NCBI GenBank assembly: GCA_951406725.2 | Contig: OX597817.1 | Location: forward strand, 32,860,001 to 32,924,000 | Direction of reading: 5' to 3' | Length of the DNA stretch: 64,000 bases | Origin: Octopus vulgaris | Lineage: Eukaryota | Shown here: piece after piece, positions 12,721 through 25,684 of the stretch | Layout: each line of letters begins with the position of its first letter | Position numbering within the stretch: the first letter of the stretch is position 1 | Made by a program: the position numbers and the translations under genes | Notes under the pieces: model-generated | Database searches by the model: none | What the model was told of the DNA's origin: nothing | Seen by the model: the letters and a program-made list of their open reading frames with translations, nothing else

Positions 12721-12997
12721 CGGCATTCTTTCGATATAACTCGACAAAATCAAAACATTTCACTTCGGGTTTTTCTGTGAGTTGTGGGGTATAGATATAA
12801 CGAAATTATGCCAGCAATGTCTCATTTTAAACTTGAAGAAAAAAAACGCCTTGCATATTTGTTCTTACCTGTGTCATGTGTGAATGTAAAATCCGCAAAT
12901 TTCCAAGCAGAAAACAGAATCGAACTGTCATTTGCTTCTACGGAAATACCCGAAGTGGAATGTTTTGATTTTGTCGAGTTATATCGAAAGAATGCCG
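12721..12997. mobile_element. MITE with about 50-bp terminal inverted repeats
   Basis: Left CGGCATTCTTTCGATATAACTCGACAAAATCAAAACATTTCACTTCGGG and right CCCGAAGTGGAATGTTTTGATTTTGTCGAGTTATATCGAAAGAATGCCG differ by one mismatch in 49 bp. Flanks AATGTG and AGTGTG may be a 6-bp TSD. Confidence 0.88.
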
Positions 12998-13960
12998 AGT
13001 GTGCATAGATTAGTTCAATGGATTTTTTTTTTTATTTAGCCTTACAGCTGCAACTAAAATATTGGAGGGAAATAGAGAGGTGTAGTCATGCTAGGGAAAA
13101 TAAAAGGATAAATATATATATAGCTAGTCGTATGTGTTTGTATTAAAATTAATAAAAATATTATATTAGTAAAAATATTACATCAAAGAAATAGAAGTGT
13201 GTTGTCTATAGTTTGTTATTGTATTGTTTATTATACTTGCATATTATAAATAATATTATACTTGCATATTATAAATAAGCCTAATATGTAATTTTTGCTA
13301 TGATCCTTTTTTTAAAAGATAGATTTGTTGGAGTAGAATTTCTCCTTTGTCTGTTGTATTATTGATAAATCTGTTCTCTCTAACAGTATACTCTCCCAAT
13401 CAATAGACCCCCTAAGTTCTGTTTTCCTAATAACGTTAATCTAAACACTTTGATATTAGTCATCTTGTTCTGATTAGGAACACTCACTATTGACCAAACA
13501 GCATGCCACATTAGGAAATGGGAGGACTCTGTAGTGGTGTTCCATATACCTGTAGTGTCCCTGTGTGACTCATGGATATAATGATGAACGCATTCAAATT
13601 ATTAGCTGTCCAATGACGTTTGATTTATTAAAAACACAGCATGGCTACTTGTGGATTTCTTTTATTTACTTTTTGTTTATCATGTATAAACTTTATTTTT
13701 GTGAGCCGCCTTCATTGTGGATTATATTTTACATTAATTTTTCTTAATTATTGTTAATTGACTGTTTCTCATGTGAAATATTGAATAATTTTGATATGAA
13801 ATTTTATACATTTTGTCAGAAATATCAAGTGTATATGTATTTTCTGGAATAGGGTCTTTCTTTTATTATGTTTCTGATTAAAGAAATATGGATTTTTATT
13901 CTCAACAATGAAATACAATTCAACTGTATTTATGAATCATTTACTAAAATGTGAAGATGT

Positions 13961-14025
<65 letters not shown>

Positions 14026-15567
14026 TATATATAATGTAATATTTAACATTTTCACATGTTTGTTTGGGATAGCAAAAGTTGGATATTTTTAGAAACTATT
14101 TGCATGTAGTTTAGATTCAAAATTGCAATGTCTTCAGAATTTTGGGTCTTAACAAAACAAAGACTCAATACAAAATTCATTTAACACTATAAATTGTGCT
14201 TAAATGAAGATAATGAATTGATGAGGATGATGATAATGCTTTGCCCAAGTGCCATTGTCTTCTTATTGTTAGGATGACTACAGCTTAGGAGAGAATGATA
14301 ACAACTCTACCAAGTTTGTGAAGAGCTGGTATTGTTTTATCTTTAGGATCTATGTTTACTGCATCTTCAAAGCTGGTAGATATAAGATTGTGTAAATGAA
14401 AAATTCTCAAACAGCAAGGTGAAGCTAGGTCCACTGTGAAAATAATAAAATTAGATTTTAAAAATGTGAAAAATGCAAACTGAAATACAAAACACAAAGT
14501 TTTAATACATTAAAACAAAACTTATCTGATATTTGTTTGAAATATCTGAAGAAGAATAGGTTTGTATATCCCGCAATCATGGATGTAAATGAAGCATGCA
14601 GAGTTATCTATTAACACATTTTAGATATCTATTTCAGAAAAATATCTTTCAGTTGCTTAAAATACTTTATCTGTTTTAATTCCATTTTTATTTGTGATTT
14701 TCTTCATTCACAAACACAAATATAAAAAAAACGGAGTTTATAGCGTTGTATTTGAAATAAAGGATATTTACCTCAGATATGTCCAAACATACCAGACATT
14801 GCCAAAAAACATCAAACACTTGGTAATTCTGCTTCATTTATCTGCAAAAACATATAAATACCATATTTTTAATATAGTTTATGCACAAAGTGTCCTGGAA
14901 TGTATTTTTTTTCTTCTCCAAAGTGCAATGAATGACACACACAATCAGAATCTTTTAAATATCACCAACAGATGCTTCAAATCTTAAGATAAGGTCGATG
15001 TGAATGATGGAATTCCAAAAAAGAACTTGGGACATCTGCACTTGTTGAGGGAGTAGTGCTGATGTCCCAAGTTCCATTTTTTTACCATTCTTTTTTTTTT
15101 CATCTTACCATACTCTCAAGCTTTAACTAAGAATGTAGTGAGGGTAGATAATGAAATAATAGTTTTTAAAAAAACGTGCAAGAATTTATTGCTTGACTTC
15201 ACATTCATTTATTCAAAAATCTTTTAAAGATTCACAAGGGTTATATATGGTCACTCAACTTATTAGCAATAATAGTTAAAACTCTCTCAAATTGTACATG
15301 AAGGACATGCAATAGATAATGTAATACTAGGTAACACCGCCCTCACAGTAAAAATGTTGGAATGGTCATGGATGAATTATCTTTGATCAAGGCTCTGTTC
15401 AATCAGAATGACCACGGGTCAAGCAATAATGCCTATTTTTTTTTTTATTCTTAAGCATCTATTTTTGCATGGACTTTCTTCCTAAAATGAATTATACTTA
15501 AACTTATCAGAAATTGTGTAAGGTTCAAGTAATTAATATTATAATAATATGAAACAAGAAAGCCTAT

Positions 15568-15800
15568 ACTCTTTACTCTTTTACTTGTTTCAGTCATTTG
15601 ACTGCGGCCATGCTGGAGCACCGCCTTTAGTCGAGCAAATCGACCCCGGGACTTATTCTTTGTAAGCCCAGTACTTATTCTATCGGTCTCTTTTGCCGAA
15701 CCGCTGAGTGACGGGGACGTAAACACACCAGCATCGGTTGTCAAGCAATGCTAGGGGGACAAACACAGACACACAAACACACATACACACACATACAGAG
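15568..15800 (-). mobile_element. SINE family A, 3' half
   Basis: Near-identical to the corresponding part of 45895-46110. Confidence 0.9.
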
Positions 15801-15805
15801 ACAGA

Positions 15806-15908
15806 CTTTTGGTAGGAGCTCTACAGGGTATTCTGTTCCAATCTCCTTCAGCCGTTTGTCTATATCTTTGCTTACTGCTCTCAAAGCACCAATTATTATA
15901 GGCACAAC

Positions 15909-15909
<1 letters not shown>
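15806..15909 (-). mobile_element. R4/Dong-like LINE fragment (C-terminus of the restriction-like endonuclease domain)
   Basis: VVPIIIGALRAVSKDIDKRLKEIGTEYPVELLPK matches the VVP.IIGALG.V...L..IG....LQK motif of RLE-bearing non-LTR elements. Confidence 0.75.
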
Positions 15910-15944
<35 letters not shown>

Positions 15945-15966
15945 TATTATTATTATTATTATTATT

Positions 15967-16500
15967 GAGTGTGAGAGCAGTGCATGCCAACAAAGTGACA
16001 CTGGGATAAAATATACAAAGCCCAGTATACCCATCATGACTACCCGTCTGATAAGGGTACACCAGGCACATGCATCACAACCATATGTGTGCAACATGGT
16101 GATCTCATATCAAGATAAACAGCGCATGACCTTGCAGTTGGAGCCCAGTTAGAATTTTCTTCAGGTTGAGTAGCCCGTCCCACTCAGAAGATCCCTGAAT
16201 AAGTGTTATTTAAGGATGTTGAACGAAATACCCATGTTTCCAGAAGTGAATTATTCAATCCCCAAAGAATTCCTCTCAACGTATGGCTATGATGCTCCCC
16301 CGCTACTTCTACTTGTGATCAGAGATGCACATATCAGCCACCAAAGGACATGCTCAACTGGTTAAGATCAAACAACTGACAAGCAAATCTGTGGTATTGA
16401 GCAGAATATTTGCTGTAGCCCATCTTTTATACCAAGGCAAAGCATGTACATATTAACACTTCCAATCAGTTAAAAGAAGCCGCCATGAAAGCCAGTGCCT
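15967..16500 (-). mobile_element. Dispersed repeat family D with (AAT)n tail
   Basis: Reverse complement of 25934-26360 over about 430 bp; ends in CACTCA(ATA)n. Confidence 0.85.
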
Positions 16501-17181
16501 GTATTATGTACTGACGTGGGAGTATGTTTATCTCAACTGTGTCCAAGCGTAGAACACACAACATCAAGTATCTGATAACTTTCATTTATTGACTAAAATA
16601 CTAAATACAACTTTTTCAAATGCATTTTATCTGCATATACAAAGCGCACCAAATTGTATTTATTTGCTCTGAAGTTTTCCACAAGTAAAACAAGTTTAGT
16701 TATCACTGGTACCTATACATGCAGCTACAAGAAATGTGACTAAGATATCATAAAGATACGTTAATCAAATGCCTGACTCATCAACTTATGAAGTCACCGA
16801 AATGAATATTCATCTATTGTTTTTCTTTATCAAGTTTTTGTGCATGGCAGTTGTTTATTAATAATAAAACAACTAATTGTTATTTCGTTTAATTGTTGTT
16901 ACTGATATTGTTTTCATCTCCAGTATTAAAGACTGATATAAATAGATCCAGTGAAAAACAGTTGTAATGTTTTGTTCCATTATATAAAAATAATAAAAGT
17001 AGCCACAAGCCATTTAATACCTTTACTTTTCTGTAATGAACTGACTAGTCTATATTTTTGAATGACAGAATTGTATTATTTTCAATTAGTTGACTAGCTA
17101 TATGTTGCATTTTCTAAATAAATAATTAAATGAAATTTTGTCTTTAAAAAAAAACAATAAAAAAATTTATCATTTATATAT

Positions 17182-17607
17182 AGACACAGGCATGGCTGTG
17201 TGGTAAGAATCTTGTTTCCCAACCACATGGTTCTGGTTCAGTCCCACTGTGTAACACTTTGGGCAATTGTCTTCTACTATAGCCTTGTGCCAACCAAAGC
17301 TGTGTGAATGGATTTGGTAGATGGAAACTGAAAGAAGCCCGTTGTATATATACATATGTATATATTTAAGTGTATATGTCTTTCTGTCTATTTTTGTGTC
17401 CTCCCCCCACCATCACTTGACAACTGATGTTGGTGTGTTTATCTTCCTGTAACTTAGCAGTTTGGCAAATTAGACTGATAGAATAAGTACTAGGCTTACA
17501 AAGAATAAGTCCTGGGGTAAATTTTTTCGACTAAAGAAACCCTTTAAGGCAGTGCTCCAGCATGGCTACAGTCAAATGACTGAAACAAGTAAAAGAATAA
17601 AAGAATA
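17182..17607 (+). mobile_element. SINE family A
   Basis: CAGGCATGGCTGTGTGGTAAG...AAAAGAATAAAAGAA. Confidence 0.9.
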
Positions 17608-17686
17608 TTTCAAAGTAATGTGATTTTGTTTAGGGCAAGTTATTCCTAAGAAATCCAAGTTATAAGGCATTTGGTCAGCTTAACCT

Positions 17687-17850
17687 GGTCTTTGTGTCTT
17701 TACATGGTCTTTGTGTCCTTACCTGGTCTTTGTGTCTTTTCAGAGTCTTTGTGTCTTTGTATGGTCTTTGTGTCTTTGCAGGGTCTTTGTATCTTTTCAT
17801 GGTCTTTGTGTCTTTACATAGTCTTTGTGTCTTTACTTGGTCTTTGTGTC
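17687..17850. repeat. 19-bp minisatellite, about 8.6 copies
   Basis: Unit GGTCTTTGTGTCTTTACAT with variable last 4 nt. Confidence 0.95.
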
Positions 17851-18136
17851 ATTTTCTAAATTTAAAGGTAGGCTTCTCTTCCTGACACTCTCTTTCACTA
17901 TACAGCAAACAGCTGCCTTGGGAATCTGTAACTAGTTTCTAATAAAACTGCTGTATAATGTTGAATATTTTAGTTTTCTTGTGAAGTGTGTTGTATGTTT
18001 TTAAATCTATGTTATTTTACAAATGTGATGATATTTAATTTATACTTTGAAACTAAAATCTACCTGTATTAAAAAATACAGGTAGATAATGTCAAAGAAT
18101 GTAAGACACCTTGATTATTATTATTATTATTATTAT

Positions 18137-18297
18137 TGGCGTTAGGAAGGGCATCCAGCTGTAGAAACACTGCCAGATCAGACTGGAGCCTGGTGCAGCC
18201 TTCTGGCTTCCCAGATCCCCAGTCGAACCGTCCAACCCATGCTAGCATGGAGAACTGACGTTACACGATAATAATGATGATGATGATGATGATGATA
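18137..18297 (+). mobile_element. Family C retroposon 3' end (RTE-type tail, (GAT)n)
   Basis: TGGCGTTAGGAAGGGCATCCAGCTGTAGAAAC...CCAACCCATGCTAGCATGG...(GAT)n, inside an (ATT)n tract. Other copies lie at about 25105-25262 (-), 36667-36815 (+) and 53646-53805 (-). Confidence 0.88.
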
Positions 18298-18345
<48 letters not shown>

Positions 18346-21199
18346 GTTATTAGTTTTTCAGTTTTAACGATTGCATAGAAAACTTGATTAATTTTAAAGT
18401 AGATTCTCTTTTCTGAAGTTTAAATCAAACTGCTGTTACAATTTTTATTTCTATTTTAAGTTTGTCATGGCATTTCAGAAATTGCAAATGACTCACATTG
18501 CCAAAGGTGAAGAAGATGCGGTCAAGCTAAACGATGAGAAGTGTTCATTGCTAAATGTGAAAATAACATTCAAGTATGACTGTGTGTCTTAATAATTAGG
18601 CATGGTTGACATGATTTGATAAAGATGGGGGAGGCAGAGGGTGAAAAAGCATATTTTATTTTATAAAGTTTCAAAAGTTTAACTCGTTCTTTTGTGTCTT
18701 TGTTAATTTTCATTTTACATCCTATTTCCTTTTAGTATAGAATTGAAGCTACATGCGTCTTTATGTATGCAATTGTTTTGTAATAGGCAGTGTGGTTAAA
18801 AAGCTCACTTTGTAATAGCATAGTTTTGGGTTCAGTCTCACTGCATGGTACCATGGGCAAGTGTCTTGAGCCAACCAATGCCTTGTAAGTGAGTTTGTTT
18901 GACAGAAACTGTATGTGTGTGCGTGTGATTGCTCGAAGTCACTGTGAACAACATCCTTGTATAAGAATAATTTGTACTCTACAAAAGTATAGAGTAACCC
19001 ATCAGATTAAAGTAAGATTGTTTTTATTGCAACTGAACATAAACACACGCACATACATATACACATATATAAGAACATACATGTGTATGTAGAAGCGATA
19101 TGATTGGTGGTACACTCAACAGTAAACCAAACTGATGTTTTATGGTGTCCAATTGAAATCCCTATCAAAGTATCATTTTGGGGATTGGTATAAATAAGCT
19201 TTACCAGGTCTTTACCAGACCTGGGATTGGTTTAATTAACTACACTTGCTCCAAAATCAAATTTGCATAGGCTTGTATGCTAGTACACACACGCTAATAA
19301 ATTTATGTAAATATGTGTAGTATCTACGATGGAAGAGGTGAATATTTCCCCCACTTTTTTTCAGGGTACCAAATATATATATATGCCAATAAGGTTTATA
19401 ATGTAGCATATAGATAAGGACTTTTATCGCCTCCCCATGTTCTTTCTCCCATATCAAATCACCTCCCCATGTTCTCCCCCCCCCACTCTCTCTCTCTCTC
19501 TCTCTCTCTCTTCTATTTTTGAAATTTAGAGGTTTAAATTCATACCCATTTTCCATGCTGATGTGGGTTGGATCGATCTGGTTGTAGGAAGACATTTGTG
19601 TAGTTGATAGTTTCATGCTGTTTGTTCAACTAAATACCAAGTAATGCTCCACAAAGTGGGATTGGTACTCAGTTTTAGATTTGATGATCTAAATAAAGTG
19701 TTGTGGTATGAGTGGGCACAGAGGAAATGAATTGCTCTGAAACCATTTCAACTTCCTTCTCAACAAATTGATAATATTAAAACTTGTGTGTTCTTCTGAA
19801 ATAAACAGTTAAGCATGTATGAATGCATTTGTGTAAGTATGCACATGTGTGCTTATATCTATTTACATACATGTGGGTGCAAATGTGTTTTTTTCTGTCC
19901 GTGGAAGTTTTTGCAATTCTGAGAATTATTATAAGGCTGTTAGTTCCATATTCATAATCCACTACCAACAAATCCCAATGCTCCATCCTCCCCTGGTTTT
20001 CCCCATATCATCATGCAAAAATACATGTCCAGCATTTGATAATTTATCATCCTATATCTACTATAGAAACGTAAATTACTGTTAAAAGATTGTTTTCATG
20101 AGTTTCAATCAACAGTACCATGTCTACCCAAGTCTTTTTCTCATCTTATTAATACTCCAGATGTTCCTTACCCTACCTATATTTTTGTTGGCTCACAAGA
20201 AATACATTAATGAACATGTGTCTATAAAGTATTATAATTATTTTGAATCTAAATAAGATAAAGCTAAATTTAGTACTGTCATCACAAAATGAATTTATTT
20301 TTACATCTTTAATTTTAGAATAGAGATGAAATGTTTGAAGGACTGGGAAACAAAGATAGAATTTTATGATAAATAATTAAAGTTGTTTTTTCACTGCACT
20401 CATCTTTTGTAAATACAAATATTTCATGTTATGGGTGAAGGTATTTATAGCTAATTTTCTCAATACACTTCAGTTGTGAATTGAATCATTTAAGGCAGAC
20501 ATTTAACTGTCTTTCATACTTTGCCCAAAATACTAACGGTTTAAATACATATTTTAATGGTTTAACCACTTAGTTTCCATTTCTGGATGTGTTTTAAGAG
20601 ATAAACAAGCTAAAATAGCTGTATTTTGCTTGCAAATTATTTTAGGTTACATACATTGTAATACTGATGCTCCAATTCAAGTTATCCATAATTTGGTGCA
20701 GCTTTTGGCATTGGTGTATCTAAGACTACCTTATGTAAAATGTCCTTCTTTTTTTAAAGCAGTACTATGATTTGATAGAGATTTTGCTTACTATTTCAGG
20801 CATGTAACTACATAAAAAAACTCTCTCATTGGTTAGCTTTCATTCATTGGCTTGCGTCTTTAAAGTTTGGTTCATGTGTGTCATTATTGCCTTGTTTTAG
20901 GGAATGGATTATGCAGTGTGCTTAAATATGATTAGTACTAAAATAAATTTTGAAAATCAAAAATGATTCTGTCCTTCCAACATTATGTGACTATGTTCCC
21001 CTGCTACTTGAACCTACATATTGTACTTTTGTTGTGCCAGCTTAAACTTACTGTAATACAGTTAAACTGGTTTAGCATTTAAACTGGCCTTATCTGGCTT
21101 AGATATTTTACTTGTTTGATTCAAAACATTATAAAAAAAATAAGCTTTACATTTGACAGAATAATCTTAATGTTGAAAGGCTAAACAATATTATATGAA

Positions 21200-21398
21200 G
21201 TTGAGCTGGCAGAAACATTATCATGCTGGGCGAAATGCTTAGCGGTATTTCGTCTATCTTTACGTTCTGAGTTCAAATTCCGCCGAGGTCAACTTTGCCT
21301 GTCATCCTTTCAGGGTCGATAAATTAAGTACTGGGGTCGATCTAATCGATTGTCCCCCTCCCCTAAAATTTCGTGCCTTGTGCCTAGAGTAGAAAAGA
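21200..21398 (+). mobile_element. SINE family B'
   Basis: GAGCTGGCAGAAACATTATCATGCTGGGCGAAATG...GCCTTGTGCCTAGAGTAGAAAAG. Confidence 0.88.
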
Positions 21399-23291
21399 AT
21401 ATTATATGAACTCCTTAACTTTGATGATTGGTGTCTTCTAAGGGAACTTGCATTACCCCTCATGTTTTCCTTTTCAACATTTTAAGGTAAACTGGATTTC
21501 ATTCAGTTGATTCTATTCTTCTCCTACAAACTTGTGATGATGTGTCAAAAAACAAAAACCCCAAAAGAAAAAAAAACATTACTATTACTGTTATTGCTTT
21601 TGCTAATATATCCTATCATATTCAGCTTGACCTTTCATCTTTTTGGGATCAATAAAATAATATGCATAATATATTAGAGGTTAGTCCAGTCCTTTACATA
21701 CACAAAATAAATTATTATTCAGTATCATTGTACAGAGCCCAACTTGATGACTTTTCATTCCCCGTCCATAACAAGCCATTTCCCTCTCCTCTAATTCCAG
21801 CCACTCATTACAGAATAAATTATTGGACTGCAGGCTCAGTGTCTGGCTGTGTTTCATGACATGATCTTGTTGTTTCTCCTCTTTTAATAATTCTGGAGGA
21901 AAATGGATGCCTTATCTTCTCTACTACTTTTGGTGGAGTGCCATGAGTTTCTATTTCCTTGCTGGTTTTATTATTGTTGCTGTAGTACTTTTATGTGATG
22001 GTTATTATTGATATGATATTACTATTGTTTATCCATTTCTGTGCTGAAGTTTTCTGTTACCTTCACATAGAAATCTCTTCAGTTTTTTGCCCTTTTTCTC
22101 TCTAATAATCTTTATTCTCACATTAGTTGGCTACTGGAACAATCTGTTATTTTGGTGTACTTTTCAGATGAATCACCATCACCAGGAATTTCAGTATCAA
22201 ATAAGATCATCTCTGTTTGGTACAAAATTGAAAGCTCATTGCCCTTCCTTATACCCTTATACTCTTACCAGACTTCTGTTTTGTTCTGTGGTGCTAAATA
22301 CTGCTCCTGTGTTCATCTGTGCCATCACACTCATTGTGGATACGACTATTTCTGACATAGACACAAAGCTTTGTTTAAGGGTGTAGTTGATGCAATAAAG
22401 CCAGTGCTTCACTTTGGAAGACTTAAAAGGCAAAGTTAATCATGGCACAAATTGAACTTAGATTGTAAAAGATAACCAAAATATTGCAAGGCATTAAGTC
22501 CAATAATCTTCAAATTTTGCTATTCATGGCATACAATGATAACTGTTTATTAAGGTTATGATTTTCATCAAGTTTGGAAAATTATATCTTGAAATGTTTA
22601 AGTTTGTGAAATTCTTCGGACATTCTTTTATTATCTTAACATTTTATTGCAAAATACTGCAAACTCCAGAATCTGAAAAAACTGTTGTGGATCTGTATTA
22701 GCAGCAATGGGTATAAAAAGGAACCCATAATTAAATGCAATGTCTTTATTATTCTTTACCTCTCTTATTCTGTAAAGCAGTGTAAAACTATTTTTTGTTG
22801 TTGTTGTGTCCACTACTGAAGTGGGGACATTTGCTATTACTCCAGTTACTATAATTAGATTTCTATATTGGAAGAAAATAGATGTCCTGAGGAATATTTT
22901 GCTTCAGCTGCAACACAGCAGGAGTGGAGCAAGTACATTTCTATGAACAAAATCATTAACACACTGTTGAAACTCAAATAAATAGAATTGGTGTGTATGA
23001 AAATGGAAGAATGTGAAATAATGACAGGAATGCAGATAAACTACTTCAAATCAATGGGCTTGTAGATCAATAAATTGATGGGGCAGCAAGTCTATGTCAA
23101 TGAGTGGTTTTCATATCTTCAGTGGTTTGGCTAAGTTGATTGAAATTTTGGTTTTGGATACCCAGAGTAACAGGGAGTAATAAACTGGATGAAGGTTTCG
23201 ACCTGGAAACAGGCTGAGAAAAGTTGTTAAGAAAATCATAAAAAAAAAAAAAAGACCAAGGAGATTTAGTAAACAGTGATATGTCTTTGGT

Positions 23292-23526
23292 AAGGCGGTA
23301 AGCTGGCTAAAATGTTAGCACGCCGGGCGAAATGCATAGCCGTATTTCGTCTGCCGTAACGTTCTGAGTTTAAATTCTGCCAAGGTCAACTTTGCCTTTC
23401 ATCCTTTCAGGGTCGGTAAATTAAGTACCAGTTACGCACTGGGGTCGATGTAATCGACTTAATCCGTTTTTCTGTCCTTGTTTGTTCCCTCTGTGTTTTG
23501 CCCCTTGTGGACAATAAAGAAATGGG
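23292..23526 (+). mobile_element. SINE family B, full-length, with 12-bp TSD
   Basis: AAGGCGG...AAAGAAATGGG flanked by TATGTCTTTGGT at 23280-23291 and 23527-23538. Confidence 0.93.
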
Positions 23527-24287
23527 TATGTCTTTGGTGATAGTTATGTTTATTGTTTGACTGCATGTGAGGGCAGAAAAGATGTAACCAAACAGATGCA
23601 TACATTTTCCATATTTTGTGTAAAAGTTAAGGGTTCCTGCTGAAAAAATTCATCTGTATATTCTCACATAAATCCTAAATGTTGATGGATATCAGCATAT
23701 ATGCATCAGCGTTCAGTGAGTAGGCAAGGTCTATGTATATTTGTGTATGTCTTCCTGAAGATTACAATGTTAAGAACTGCATCTTTGAGTCATAAAGAGA
23801 CTACAAAAAAAAAAAAAAAAAAAGAAGAAGTAGGGTTATGCAATTATTGAAGCATCTAACCTTCTGTAATGAGGCTGAAATATTTGAATTATAGTTGTTA
23901 TTATTTTAAAGGTTTTTGTTTAGGCTGGTAGAAACTGAAAACTTTATAGTTTTTAATTTTGTTCTCCTACATTCTGAATTTAAAACTTAGCTTTCCTTCT
24001 CCTGATTTGATGGATTCTACTTTTACTCTACATATTTGTGGCAGTATACCAATGTTATAATCATTGTTATTGTTATAAATATTGAGATGTCGGGTGACTG
24101 AATTGGGTAGAGTGACAGACAAAGGACCTTGGTGTATTTAGTTATATCCCTTTGCATTTGGAGTTAATATCCAGACTTTGTCTTTCATTTTTCTGGTATT
24201 GATAAAATAAAATACCAGTCAAATACTGAGAGTGATTTAATTTCCCCTAAAATTTGTGAGATTACTCCTAAGCTAGAAAGAATTATT

Positions 24288-24692
24288 AGGCGCAGGAGTG
24301 GCTGTGTGGTAAGTAGCTTGCTTACCAACCACATGGTTCCGGGTTCAGTCCCACTGCATGGCACCTTGGGCAAGTGTCTTCTACTATAGCCTTGGGCCTA
24401 GCAAAGCCTTGTGAGTGGATTTGGTAGATGGAAACTGAAAGAAGCCCGTCATATATATGTATATATAAATATATGTGTGTTTGTGTGTGTGTGTGTGTTT
24501 GTTCCCCCAACATCGCTTGACAACCGGTGCTGGTGTATTTGTGTCCCTGTAACTTAGCGGTTCGGCAAAAGAGACGGATAGAATAAGTACTAGGCTTACA
24601 AAGAATAAGTCCTGGGGTCGATTTGCTCGACTAAAAGTGGTGCTCCAGCATGGCCACAGTCAAGTAAAAGTAAAGAGAGAGTAAAAAGAGTA
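24288..24692 (+). mobile_element. SINE family A, full-length
   Basis: AGGCGCAGGAGTGGCTGTGTGG...GTAAAAGAG. Confidence 0.93.
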
Positions 24693-25108
24693 AGTTAAAT
24701 AGCAGAACTAATATAACTCTAGATTAAAGTCTTACAATATTTTAGTTTCATTCCTTTACATCTTTTAGTTTTCGATTTTCATCCATCCAGGATCATTTAG
24801 ATATGAACAGGTACCAATATGTTAATTGTACTCCTTTTCTTTACAAATCTATGTCTTATGATGTTTTCTACATAAGAAGCCAATGGAACTAGGTAAGTTG
24901 TTTTAGGGATCAATAAGAACCACACCAATATAGAGTAGTGGGTTGACAGAACTGTTTGAGTGTTGGATGATATCTGTTCTGGCTGTTTATATTCTCACTG
25001 TGATGCCTATGTTTTCACTGCAATTCCTGTAACAACACTTAGGCCATGCTGTATTGACCTTGCTCTTCCTTTACACATGGTAAACTGCTAGTTTTCATCA
25101 TCATAATT

Positions 25109-25149
<41 letters not shown>

Positions 25150-25684
25150 TTAACATCTATTTTTCATACTGGCATGGGTTGGATAGTTTGACCGGAGCTG
25201 GTAAGTTAGAGGACTGTTCCAAATTTCAATATCTGCTCTGGCATAGTTTCTACAGCTGGATAATCAGAGAGTTTTCATGTGATACTGGTACCAGTGAGGT
25301 TATCAAATAACTTGCAAGTCAAGACCACTTCAGCTAAGTGGTAGGTAGGGCAAATTTCCTAGCATGCACTTTGGAAAAGAACTTTCCTGGTGCAGAAAAC
25401 AAACGCATGGTTACTCATAACTGTTGAAAGTCCCACATTGAAGAATTGGTACACCATTAAACATTTAAGTATTTACATGTAGAGTTCCAATTCTGGTGAA
25501 GTTGATTTTTGCTTTTCATTCTTTTGAGTTCAATAAAATAAAGTTTCAAGGAAGAATAGGGGTTGATTTAATTAACAACCCTATCTGTGACTTTGTGCTA
25601 CTTAGAACTCTTTATTAAATAAATAAATTAATAAAATAAAGTTAAAAGAAATTACTGCTGCTACTACTACTAACTGTTTCAAAT

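Noticed and set aside
13230-13279. 25-bp direct duplication TATTATACTTGCATATTATAAATAA
   Set aside because: An ordinary slippage duplication with no insert between the copies.
18058-18087. Perfect 13-bp stem ATCTACCTGTATT-AAAA-AATACAGGTAGAT
   Set aside because: Too short for a pre-miRNA and without context; probably a local fold-back or transposon scar.
18479-18573. Possible 95-nt coding exon (ttcag|KLQMTHIAKGEEDAVKLNDEKCSLLNVKITF|gtatga)
   Set aside because: Open frame and plausible splice sites, but no recognisable homology and easily expected by chance in 64 kb; needs RNA-seq.
21870-22390. Possible old LINE remnant (also about 40030-40450)
   Set aside because: Only faint motif similarity, which I could not assign with confidence by eye.
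23185-23215. Hammerhead-like CTGGATGA-AGGT-TTCG-ACCT-GGAAAC
   Set aside because: Extra bases in both core boxes, and no NUH site or stem I/III pairing visible.
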